Part shown: piece by piece, positions 52,493 through 64,000 of the stretch | Layout: every line of letters begins with the position of its first letter | Numbering within the stretch: position 1 is the stretch's first letter | Assembly (NCBI GenBank): GCA_964016885.1 | Contig: OZ024763.1 | Span: forward strand, 17,298,001-17,362,000 | Reading direction: 5' to 3' | DNA from: Eledone cirrhosa | Lineage: Eukaryota | Length of the DNA: 64,000 nt | Translations under genes and position numbers: made by a program | The notes under the pieces: generated by a model | Database searches by the model: none | Told to the model about the DNA's origin: nothing | Seen by the model: the letters and a program-made list of their open reading frames with translations, nothing else

Positions 52493-53885
52493 CATTTAAC
52501 GTCCATCTTCCACACTAGCATGAGTTAGACGGTTTTGTTCCATTTGATGCGAGAATGGTCATGAGGCCATGTCTCGCTCGCACGGAAGCGTCTTTGGCAG
52601 GTTTTTTTTACAGCTGGATGCCGTTCCTAACACCAACCACATTTACAGTGTAGACTGGGAGCCTTTTCACTGTGTCTCCTACATGGCCACCTTACAGTGT
52701 GGACTGGGAGCCTTTTTACTGTGTCTCCTACATGGCCACCTTACAGTGTGGACTGGGAGCCTTTTCACTGTGTCTCCTACATGGCCACCTTACAGTGTGG
52801 ACTGGGAGCCTTTTCACTGTGTCTCCTACATGGCCACCTTACAGTGTGGACTGGGAGCCTTTTCACTGTGTCTCCTACATGGCCACTTTACAGTGTGGAC
52901 TGGGAGCCTTTTTACTGTGTCTCCTACATGGCCACCTTACAGTGTGGACTGGGAGCCTTTTCACCGTGCCTCCTACATGGAAACCTTACAGTGTGGACTG
53001 GGAGCCTTTTCACCGTGCCTCCTACATGGAAACCTTACAGTGTGGACTGGGAGCCTTTTGACTGTGTCTCCTACATGGCCACCTTACAGTGTGGACTGGG
53101 AGCCTTTTTACTGTGTCTCCTACATGGCCACCTTACAGTGTGGACTGGGAGCCTTTTCACTGTGTCTCCTACATGGCCACCTTACAGTGTGGACTGGGAG
53201 CCTTTTTATTGTGTCTCCTACATGACCACCTTACAGTGTGGACTGGGAGCCTTTTGACTGTGTCTCCTACATGGCCACTTTACAGTGTGGACTGGGAGCC
53301 TTTTCACCGTGTTTCCTACATGGCCACCTTACAGTGTGGACTGGGAGCCTTTTCACCGTGCCTCCTACACAACCCCTTTACAGTGTGGACTGGGAGCCTT
53401 TTCACCATGTCTCCTACACAGCCCCTTTACAGTGTGACTGTTGTGTCATCGACACAGTGGACGGAACGGTAGAGGGAGGATGGGGTAGGGTGTGGTGGTG
53501 GTGGGGTGTACATTGAGTTAAGAGGTGCCTACTGACTGTAGGTTTGTATGCAATGGTTGTCGGGTCTTCTGTACAACAGCATGTCACCAAAGATCTCAAT
53601 CCAGTGACATTGTCTTAGAAAGGTGTAAGTGAGCAAGGTCAGATTTTATCACCTCCTCCCAGGTTTTTTTGGTCTACCCACTCCGTAGCTTCCATCAATT
53701 TTCATTGCCCCGCACTTTTTTATACAGCTGTCGTCCTTCATACGCATCACATGTCCATACCAATGCAGTCTCGTCTCCAGAACACAACATTTGATATCTT
53801 TTATGCTTAGTCTCCCTCTTAGTTCGTTTATGCTTCGCCTTTCACGTACATTACTATTATACATCCATCGGTGCATGCAAGCTTC
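52493..53885 (-). mobile_element. RTE LINE 3' end whose UTR contains an expanded 49-bp array
   Basis: HRWMYNSNVRERRS...RLHWYGHVMRMKDDSCIKKC...GRPKK at 53649-53876; tail at 52493-52640. Confidence 0.85.
52643..53434. repeat. 49-bp tandem array, about 16 copies
   Basis: ttacagtgtggactgggagccttttcactgtgtctcctacatggccacc; period measured 52741 to 52790. Confidence 0.95.
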
Positions 53886-53988
53886 ATTTCATAAATGTAT
53901 ATATATGAATGAATGTATATATATGTATATATGTGGGTGTGTGTGTATATATATATGTATATATATATGCATGTATATATGCATATAT

Positions 53989-54766
53989 ATACTCCCTCCA
54001 CAACACTGATATCAAGAAGTCCTCTTGTGAACGTCACCTGGGCATTACTGTCAGCAGCGATTTGCGTTGGACAAAGCATGTCTCTAAGATTGTCAAGAAG
54101 GCCGAGGGTGTCTCAGTAAGACCTTTGTCAGCCGCTCTCCAGCCATCTATTTAAAGCTGTATACAGCTATGGTACGACCACACTTGGAATTCGCATCATC
54201 AGTCTGGGACCCCTAACTTGCTCAGAACATTGACCTCCTGGAAACTGTTCAGAGACGTGCAACCAAGCGCATACCCTCCATCAGACACCTACCATACTCT
54301 GAATGCCTTGCTTCCCTGGACAAGGATTCATTGAAGCTCCGACGTCTGGCAATGGACTTGGTGAATACCCACAAAGTTATTAACCATCTCGCCAACAACA
54401 ACCCTGAGCACCTTTTTGATCTCCATGTGTCTAACACACGTGGACATGCCTACAAAATCAGAAAACAGCACAGCTCCCATGACTTTCGGAAATATTTTTT
54501 CACGCTTTGAGTTGCTGAAGCATGGAACAAACTACCTGCATCAGTTGTTAGCTGCCGAGACACTGCATCCTTTAAAACCCTCATGCTTCCCGAAATTCGC
54601 CAAAATTACACCTGATGTACCCCTTCCATACACATGCACACATGTGTATATCATGACTCATGCACTGTTCATTTTCCTGACGTTTGTACATTACCCTATG
54701 TACTATACATACACTTTTTGATGAGTTGTAGTGCACCTGAGCACTGTACACAATATTTTCATTATT
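53989..54766 (+). mobile_element. CR1-clade LINE 3' end (pseudogenised ORF2 C-terminus)
   Basis: ERHLGITVSSDLRWTKHV, LYTAMVRPHLEFASSVWDP*, LETVQRRATK, LRRLAMDL, TRGHAYKI, WNKLPASVV; ATT-type tail. Confidence 0.92.
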
Positions 54767-54837
54767 AAGTCATTATATATATGTGTATGGATGAATTTGT
54801 GTGTGTATACACTTGTATATATATATATATATATAGG

Positions 54838-55760
54838 TGCATTGATCAAACAACTGGGTCACACATTGTCAAAAAAAAAAATGACTGGAATCTATTCCAA
54901 GTGTTATGCTGAATCTCCCTGAGAATTATGTTAAGAGTGCACATATCTGTAGATTGAACTGGCTGTTCTATTGATCAAATAACTGGAATAATCGTCGAGA
55001 AAATGACTGGGTTTTATTCCATTCACAAAGTGCTGAATCTCCTTGAGAATTACATTAAAGGTACACATATCTATGGAATGCTCAGTTCCTTACATGTTAA
55101 ATTTCATGAGCTGGCTGTTCCATTGATCAAACAATTGGAACACTTGTTGTCAAGAAACTGATAGGGGTCTGTTTCTTTGCCAACTTGTCTCGCTGAATCT
55201 CCCTGAGAATAACATTAAGGATGGCCATATCTGTAGAATGCTCAGTCACTTACATGTTAAATTTAATGAGCTGGCTGTTCTGTTGATTAAAGAACTGGAA
55301 CACACATTGTTGAGAAAATGACTGGGGTTTATTCCAAGTGTTATGCTGAATCTCCCTGAGAATTATGTTATGGGTTTATGTGTCTGTGGAATGCTCAGCC
55401 ACTTATATGTCAAATTTCATGAACTGGCTGTTCTGTTGATCAAACAACTGTAACGGTCATTGTTGAGAAAACAACAAGGTTTTTATTCAAAGTGCCATGC
55501 TGAATCTCCCTGAGAATGACATTAAAAGTGCACGTCTGTAGAATGCTCAGCCACTTACATGTCAAATTTCATGAGTTGGTTGTTCCATTGATCAAACATC
55601 TTGTAACACTCATTGAGAAAATGACAGGAGTTTATTCCATTCACAAAGTGCTGAATCTCCCTGAGAATTACATTAGAGGTACACACGTCTATGGAAGGGT
55701 CAGTTCTTTATATGTCCGATTTCATGACCTGGTTCTTCTGTTGATTGAACAACTGTAATA
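54838..55760 (+). repeat. ~150-bp tandem array (6 units) derived from the SINE body seen at 8300-8387 / 9137-9170
   Basis: gctgaatctccctgagaat anchors near 54908, 55032, 55192, 55345, 55499 and 55650. Confidence 0.75.
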
Positions 55761-55801
55761 GTTTCCATGGGAGCCAACAGAAGTTCCGTTCGTCAGACAT
55801 T

Positions 55802-55989
55802 TATTGTTTCTACTTTAGACACAAGGCCAGTAATTACCCCAGTGCATTACTGGTACTTTATTTTATCGACCCCGTAAGGATGAAAGGCAAAGTCAACCTC
55901 GGCGGGATTTGAACTCAGATCGTAAAGGGACGTAACTATGCTGGAAAGCATGGCGTCCGACCCTCTACCGATACTGCCAATCCACCAGT
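55802..55989 (-). mobile_element. Full tRNA-SINE with a 13-bp TSD
   Basis: ttcgtcagacatt at 55789-55801 and 55990-56002. Confidence 0.9.
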
Positions 55990-56033
55990 TTCGTCAGACA
56001 TTAATGACGTCCCTTTGACCCCGTGACATGTGG

Positions 56034-57017
56034 TCCTATTTCCATCCATCTGTGAAATCCTACATGTCACAAGCAGGATATTTTGTCCTATTTCCATCCA
56101 TCTGTGTAATCCTACATGTCACAAGCAGGATATTTTGTCCTATTTCCATCCATCCGTGTAATCCTACATGTCACAAGCAGGATATTTTGTCCTATTTCCA
56201 TCCATCCGTGTAATCCTACATGTCACAAGCAGGATATTTTGTCCTATTTCCATCCATCTGTGTAATCCTACATGTCACAAGCAGGATATTTTGTCCTATT
56301 TCCATCCATCTGTGTAATCCTACATGTCACAAGCAGGATATTTTGTCCTCTTTCCATCCATCTGTGTAATCCTACATGTCACAAGCAGGATATTTTGTCC
56401 TATTTCCATCCATCTGTGTAATCCTACATGTCACAAGCAGGATATTTTGTCCTATTTCCATCCATCTGTGTAATCCTACATGTCACAAGCAGGATATTTT
56501 GTTCTATTTCCATCCATCCGTGTAATCCTACATGTCACAAGCAGGATATTTTGTCCTATTTCCATCCATCCGTGTAATCCTACATGTCACAAGCAGGATA
56601 TTTTGTCCTATTTCCATCCATCCGTGTAATCCTACATGTCACAAGCAGGATATTTTGTCCTATTTCCATCCATCCGTGTAATCCTACATGTCACAAGCAG
56701 GATATTTTGTCCTATTTCCATCCATCCGTGTAATCCTACATGTCACAAGCAGGATATTTTGTCCTATTTCCATCCATCCGTGTAATCCTACATGTTACAA
56801 GCAGGATATTTTGTCCTATTTCCATCCATCCGTGTAATCCTACATGTCACAAGCAGGATATTTTGTCCTATTTCCATCCATCTGTGTAATCCTACATGTC
56901 ACAAGCAGGATATTTTGTCCTATTTCCATCCATCCGTGTAATCCTATATGTCACAAGCAGGATATTTTGTCCTATTTCCATCCATCTGTGTAATCCTACA
57001 TGTCACAAGCAGGATAT
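56034..57017. repeat. 52-bp satellite, about 19 near-identical copies
   Basis: tcctatttccatccatcYgtgtaatcctacatgtcacaagcaggatattttg; period measured 56041 to 56093. Confidence 0.95.
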
Positions 57018-57208
57018 TAAATAGATTTGGTCATCTTCTCTCTATTTACTTCATGTCGGAAGAAAAAAAACCCACTAAGGCAGAACTACAGTGAGTTTTA
57101 TCGCAGAATTTAGTCTCCTGCGTCTGTATGTGTGTATGTGTGTTGGTCTGTATGTGTGTCTGTATATATGTATTTATGTACATGTGTGTGTGTGTGTATG
57201 TGTATATA

Positions 57209-57333
57209 TCATCATCATCATCATCATCATTTTACGTCCGCTTTTCCCTGCTTGCAAGGGTGGGACGGGTCTTATTCAGCACAGCATCTCTCCACTCGTC
57301 ACGGTCCCTCATCATCTCCACCGTGAGCTTCAA
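57209..57333 (-). mobile_element. RTE 3' tail fragment
   Basis: Reverse complement of 21620-21750. Confidence 0.85.
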
Positions 57334-57568
57334 TATATATATATACACACACATATACACACATATATACATATATAGTTTTAATATAGATGAGATTCTA
57401 CAGGACTAGAACTGTTTCATTCTTTAGAAATCATCAGGAATCTTTATATGTCCGATTTCATGACCTGGTTCTTCAGTTGATGGAACAACTGTAACAGTTT
57501 CCATGGGAGCCAACAGAAGTTCCGTTCGTCAGACATTAATGACGTCCCTTTAACCCCGTGACATGTGG

Positions 57569-58137
57569 TCCTATTTCCATCCATCTGTGTAATCCTACAT
57601 GTCACAAGCAGGATATTTTGTCCTATTTCCATCCATCCGTGTAATCCTACATGTCACAAGCAGGATATTTTGTCCTATTTCCATCCATCTGTGTAATCCT
57701 ACATGTCACAAGCAGGATATTTTGTCCTATTTCCATCCATCCGTGTAATCCTACATGTCACAAGCAGGATATTTTGTCCTATTTCCATCCATCCGTGTAA
57801 TCCTACATGTCACAAGCAGGATATTTTGTCCTATTTCCATCCATCTGTGTAATCCTACATGTCACAAGCAGGATATTTTGTCCTATTTCCATCCATCTGT
57901 GTAATCCTACATGTCACAAGCAGGATATTTTGTCCTATTTCCATCCATCTGTGTAATCCTACATGTCACAAGCAGGATATTTTGTCCTATTTCCATCCAT
58001 CTGTGTAATCCTACATGTCACAAGCAGGATATTTTGTCCTATTTCCATCCATCCGTGTAATCCTACATGTCACAAGCAGGATATTTTGTCCTATTTCCAT
58101 CCATCCGTGTAATCCTACATGTCACAAGCAGGATATT
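57569..58137. repeat. 52-bp satellite, second array, about 11 copies
   Basis: Same unit and flanks as 56034-57017. Confidence 0.95.
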
Positions 58138-58346
58138 AAATAGATTTGGTCATCTCCTCTCTATTTACTTCATGTCGGAAGAAAAAAACTCACTAAGGCA
58201 GAACTACAGTGAGTTTTATCGCAGATTTTAGTCTCCTGCGTCTGTATGTGTGTATGGGTGTTGGTCTGTATGTGTGTCTGTATATATGTATTTATGTACA
58301 TGTGTGTGTGTGTGTGTGTATGTATATATATATATATATATGTATG

Positions 58347-58404
<58 letters not shown>

Positions 58405-58555
58405 CACACATATATAAATATATATATATATACACACACACATATATACATATATATACACACACACATATATACATATATATACACACATATATACATA
58501 TATATATATATATACATATATATATACACACACATATATATATATATATACACAC

Positions 58556-58624
<69 letters not shown>

Positions 58625-58763
58625 CATATATATATACATATATATATATATATATGTAAATATATATATATATATATATGTAAATATATATATATATATA
58701 TATATAAATATATATATATACATTTATATATATTTATATGTAAATATATATATATACATATAC

Positions 58764-58812
<49 letters not shown>

Positions 58813-58917
58813 CATATACATTTATATATATATACATATACATTTATATATATATATATATACATTTATATATATATATATATATATATACATATACATT
58901 TATATATATATATATAC

Positions 58918-58956
<39 letters not shown>

Positions 58957-59162
58957 CATTTATATATATATACATATACATTTATATATATATATACATT
59001 TATATATATATACATATACATTTATATATATATATATATATATACATTTATATATATATATATATATACATATACATTTATATATATATATATGTAGATA
59101 TTTATATATATACATATACATTTATATATATATATATGTAAATATATATATACATATACATT

Positions 59163-59199
<37 letters not shown>

Positions 59200-59752
59200 G
59201 TAAATATATATATATATATATATATACGTAAATATATATATACGTTTTTTAAAATCAAACGCCAATAAATACACCAGGACTTTTTCATTCTGATGATTGA
59301 AAGCAAAATTTTTTTGCTTTTAAGGAACAACTGGTAAATGAAATAATTGCCTTATGTTGTTTATTACATAACTATATACATATATATATATATATGTGTG
59401 TGTGTGTATGTATGTATATATAAACATATGCACAGACATTCTTGAGTATCCAATCTTCTCTAACTGTAGACATTCCTCTCTCAATTGTTAATGTCACCAT
59501 ATAAATAAACTGGTGGTGGTCACAGGGTGGGGCTTGAGTGCAACTTGGTTGGAAGTGAAGGTGGGGGGTAATTTTATGTAAATGGGTGTCCTTGGTAGTG
59601 AGACCACAGGCTTAGGGCCTCCTTCTGTCTAAATCTTCGACCCGACCCTCTGACTTACTATAACGACCAGTTCTTTAGCAACAGTGAAAGGGGGAATAAC
59701 GATAAATCCACCAGGTGTGAAATTGTGAATATTACATATGTTGGTTTACTAA

Positions 59753-59797
<45 letters not shown>

Positions 59798-59891
59798 GTA
59801 GTAGTAGTAGTACTACTACTACTGTTACTACTACTACTACTGTTACTACTACTACTGTTACTACTACTACTACTACTACTATTACTACTAT

Positions 59892-59938
<47 letters not shown>

Positions 59939-59972
59939 ATATTACTACTACTACTGTTGCTACTACTACTAT

Positions 59973-60009
<37 letters not shown>

Positions 60010-60131
60010 GTTACTACTACTACTACTACTACTACTAGTACTACTACTACTACTACTACTACTGTTACTACTACTACTACTACTAATAATAATAATAATT
60101 GTTTCTACTTTTTGGCACAAGGTCAGCAAGC

Positions 60132-60723
60132 CACCCTTTACCCCGGTGCATTACTGGTACTCTATAATTTCAAGCCCGTAAGTGTGAAAGGCAAAGCTGA
60201 CTAACCTAGGCAGCAGGATTTGAACTCAGAACATAAAGGGCCGTAACTCTATGCTGCAAAGCATGGCATCCGATACGGCCAATCAAAGTTAACAATGTGG
60301 GCTGAGAGAGAGAGGATGGTGGTGGTGGTGGTGGTATAAGTACCCCCTGTAGTTTATCTTGTTTCTAGTTTCTCTCCAACAAGAGACCTTAATAAATTAT
60401 ATATCATGTCACATTATAAAACACCACCTTTACCCCAGTGCATTACTGGTACTCTATTTTATCAAGCCCGTAAGTGTGAAAGGCAAAGCTGACTAACCTC
60501 GGCAGCGGGATTTGAACTCAGAACATAAAGGGCCGGAACTCTATGCTGCAAAGCATGGCATCCGTTACGGCCAATCAAAGTTAACAATGTGGGCAGAGAG
60601 AGAGAGAGGGTGGTGGTGGTGGTGTTATAAGTAACCTCTGTAGTTTATCTTGTTTCTAGTTTCTCTCCAACAAGAGACCTTAATAAATTATATATCATGT
60701 CACATTATAAAACACCACCTTTA
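60132..60723. repeat. Tandem duplication of a ~290-bp unit containing a SINE fragment
   Basis: 60132-60423 is repeated at 60424-60723, bounded by ccacctttta-like junctions. Confidence 0.85.
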
Positions 60724-60987
60724 TTTAACACCTGTTCCATCATCAAAATATCATTAGCTCACATGTTGACTCAGTTTACCTGTGTTGTTGCTTTTATTTA
60801 TTTATTTATTTATTTTGGAGGGTTTCTTTTATTTATTTTTTAAATATTTTTTATGTCGTTGTTGATTTTAAAATGGCTGTTCTTTGCTTCGTGTATAATC
60901 ATTTATATATATATATATAATGTATGTATATATATAATGTATGTATGTATGTATGTATATATGTATGTATGTTTGTATGTATGTATG

Positions 60988-61030
<43 letters not shown>

Positions 61031-61317
61031 ATATATATATAATTTATGTATGTATATATATAATGTATGTATATATATATATAATTTATGTATGTATATA
61101 TATAATGTATGTATGTATATATATATATAATTTATGTATGTATATATATAATGTATGTATGTATATCTATATAATTTATGTATGTATATCATTATCATCA
61201 TCATTTAACGTCCATCTTCCACATGGGTTTGGACGGTATATATACATATATATAATGTATGATTGTATATCTATATATATATAATGTATGTATGTATGTA
61301 TATATATATATATAATG

Positions 61318-61361
<44 letters not shown>

Positions 61362-61430
61362 GTATATATATATATATGTATATATATACATACAGTATAT
61401 ATATATATATAATGTATGTATGTGTATATA

Positions 61431-61463
<33 letters not shown>

Positions 61464-61574
61464 GTATATATATACATACAGTATATATATATATATAATG
61501 TATGTATATATATATATATATAATGTATATATATATATATAATGTATGTATATATATATATATATATATATATG

Positions 61575-62045
61575 CAAAGTTTTATTTAAATTGTTGGGTT
61601 ACAACGAGTAAATATTTATAACTGATATAAAAGCACTCAACAAGTATTTGGAGTATATTTACGATATTAAATAAATGGAAATTATATTTATAAAACCATA
61701 TTTATTTCATTATATATATTTCAGGGATATCATATTAAAAATATGTTATGCCTTCTTCAGACAAAATACAATATAAACAGTCTTATAAATAGATAGATTC
61801 GACATACCTTTCAACTTCGACTTGCATTTGAAAAGTTGATTTGGTAGTGAAAAATATTATGGACAGTTATAAAAATCAACTTTTCAAATGCAAGTCGAAG
61901 TTGAAAGGTATGTCGAATCTATCTATTTATAAGACTGTTTATATTGTATTTTGTCTGAAGAAGGCATAACATATTTTTAATATGATATCCCTGAAATATA
62001 TATAATGAAATAAATATGGTTTTATAAATATAATTTCCATTTATC

Positions 62046-62046
<1 letters not shown>
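61575..62046. mobile_element. Family-B fold-back element (arms 61671-61842 / 61873-62044; hammerheads 61947-62012 + and ~61704-61768 -)
   Basis: About 172-bp inverted arms; uauuuugu CUGAAGA aggcauaacauauu...aauaugauaucccu GAAA uauauaU A augaaaua. Confidence 0.8.
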
Positions 62047-62130
<84 letters not shown>

Positions 62131-62219
62131 ATTGACTTTCTTCAAATCGGACTGAGGAAACAATGTTTCCGTTGGTCTTTCCAATTGCTAAAACTCTCTC
62201 TCGGTTGCAACTCCAGGTA

Positions 62220-62272
<53 letters not shown>

Positions 62273-62789
62273 AGAGTATTGAAGTTTGCTTGAAGCATTG
62301 TGGAATAATAAGGTAAATTTCTTTAAGTCGTTTTGAAGCCTCCACAATGCAGATGGGTAAATCTCCAGGTAACAAGATCCGGTGGTGAAGAGAGAGATAT
62401 AAGTGGGTGTACGTTGAGATGTGTGGCATGTAGGAGACTGTAGCGTGTAGAAGAATGTAGGAAAGAGCGTAAAGGATAAAAATAAAAATAATTGTTTTTA
62501 CTTTTGGCACAAGGCCAGCAATTTCCCAGTGTATTACTGGTACTTTATTTTATCGACCCCGTATAAAAATAATAACACGTGATAGAGTTACCTTGGGCGA
62601 GATTTAATTGTCCCTATATATTTCGGATTCACATCCATCAACTGGGTTTTTTTCCGGAGGGGGGGGGGGGGATTGTTTGTTGGAAAGGTGCGAAACGTGT
62701 CCTCCGCTGTTCGTTGTTTTGAATATCATATATATATATATATTATATATATTAAAGAGTTAAACAAGATTCAATGAGTACATCAAAGA

Positions 62790-63035
62790 ATGAGTTTTAC
62801 AGAAGAGTGGAAGCACTCTACAGCAAATAATTTTCCAGAGTTATTAATATTAAAATACAAATATTAATAAAATATATACCTTGATTAAATCTTAACCATT
62901 TAACATCTCAGGGTATGTCATGTATCATTATATTTTGTCTGATGAGGACGTACTGTTGTACCTCTGAAATATGTATAATAAAATTCAATTGATCAAAAGA
63001 ACATCTATTTTATTAATATTTGTATTTTAATATAT
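62790..63035 (+). mobile_element. Family-B element with hammerhead at 62931-62984 and short inverted arms
   Basis: uauuuugu CUGAUGA ggacguac-uguu-guaccucu GAAA uauguaU A auaaaau. Confidence 0.75.
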
Positions 63036-63162
63036 ATATATATATAGTATGTGAATGTATGTATATATATATATAGAGTAATAATAATAAATGTGAAGAC
63101 TGAAATCCAAAGAGGGTTCGATAAGGATAAATATATATCAAATATATAAGAACCGTAGAGCA

Positions 63163-63309
63163 AATATTTATTAAAATAACAGATTAAAGTTTAAGCAAAG
63201 AATCGCTGCTTTCACCCTTAATGGGATCTTCTGAAACTAATATATAATGTTAAGGGTGAAAGCAGCGATTTTTTTTGCTTAAACTTTAATCTGTTATTTT
63301 AATAAATAT
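63163..63309. repeat. Fold-back (58-bp arms) with a degenerate hammerhead-like core on the minus strand
   Basis: Arms 63163-63220 / 63251-63309; minus strand cagaaga uccc-auuaa-gggu gaaa. Confidence 0.65.
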
Positions 63310-63722
63310 ATATATATATATATATATTGGTAAACGGAATAGAAAATGCTGACAAATTGTTCACAGTGAAAAAAAGTTTAATTAGGAATAAGTGAGAATT
63401 AGTAATAGTATTGGTTAGTATTCAGTTTTGGTTTTAAGTTTTACCGGTTGCACATTTCTAATGCTTTTCAAAAATAATTTTGAGATAGAGCGTCCGTGAT
63501 GTTTGCTCTAATTTGATTAGTTTTGGGAATTCTACCTGTTTTTATGTTAAAAAAGTGGCTCCAGCGGTATTAAAATAAGTTTTGCGCCAATTCGTGTTGC
63601 AAAAATTCTTGTGGTCAAAACAATTTTGATTGGTCGGTAGAGGTCATGTGAATGTAAAAAATTGATTTTGCGCTATATTTCGTTTCTGGATTCTTATTGG
63701 CAACATGACCCTCCCAAAGTAT

Positions 63723-63782
<60 letters not shown>

Positions 63783-63786
<4 letters not shown>

Positions 63787-64000
63787 AAGTATGACCCCGA
63801 CGGCATAGCTCAAGCCGTTTCGACGGCCATTTCTGGACTAAATTAGAATTTTTAGCCTGGTGAATAAAAATTCTAATTTAGTCCAGAATTAGCCGTCGAA
63901 ACGGCTTGAGCTATGCCGTCGGGGTCATACTTTTTCCTATTACCCACTCTACTACCCTAAGTATTGAGTACGCTGGTGCGTTATGGTCCATCTGGTTCCT
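63783..64000 (+). mobile_element. Family-D fold-back element (hairpin 63783-63936), running off the window end
   Basis: gaaaaagtatgaccccgacggc...aattagaattttta / taaaaattctaatt...gccgtcggggtcatactttttc. Confidence 0.8.

Noticed and set aside
57053-57097. Start exon MSEEKKPTKAEL followed by gtgagt
   Set aside because: The duplicate at 58172 is frameshifted, the segment is a satellite flank, and no downstream exon was identified.
56034-58137. 52-bp (and 49-bp, 31-bp) repeats as CRISPR arrays
   Set aside because: The units are head-to-tail with no unique spacers, there are no cas genes, and the context is eukaryotic.
59522-59533. cagggtggggc as the missing maT TIR
   Set aside because: Only an 11-nt match, 35 kb away on the wrong side, with no TA flank.
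498-61577. Hundreds of Y/I/C/V/H/T-rich, ER-rich and poly-S/T/V ORFs
   Set aside because: They are translations of (TA)n, (CA)n, (GA)n and triplet microsatellites, open in several frames on both strands.

Overview
This is AT-rich eukaryotic DNA dominated by repeats, with no recognisable intact host gene. The SINE/LINE repertoire and the very dense (TA)n/(CA)n/(GAT)n microsatellites point to an octopod cephalopod (inference from recalled octopus SINE families; no database search was run). Nearly all listed ORFs are microsatellite artefacts. The real coding remnants are a 343-aa DD37D (maT-type Tc1/mariner) transposase with an intact triad, a decayed Helitron Rep/helicase N-terminus, many RTE 3' ends, one CR1 3' end, a Tigger-type fragment and a Penelope-type GIY-YIG C-terminus. 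Non-coding mobile elements include two tRNA-derived SINE families, piggyBac-type TTAA MITEs, pogo/Tigger MITEs and non-autonomous Helitrons. Several tandem arrays have grown out of SINE/LINE segments. The most striking signal is about 15 minimal type-I hammerhead ribozyme motifs from at least five small element families. These elements sit in (TA)n tracts, frequently form fold-back inverted repeats with variable turning points, and several share a 3' ACTC...GAGT stem. This fits a large population of short non-autonomous Penelope-like (retrozyme-like) elements. Coordinates were read by eye and may be off by a few bases.
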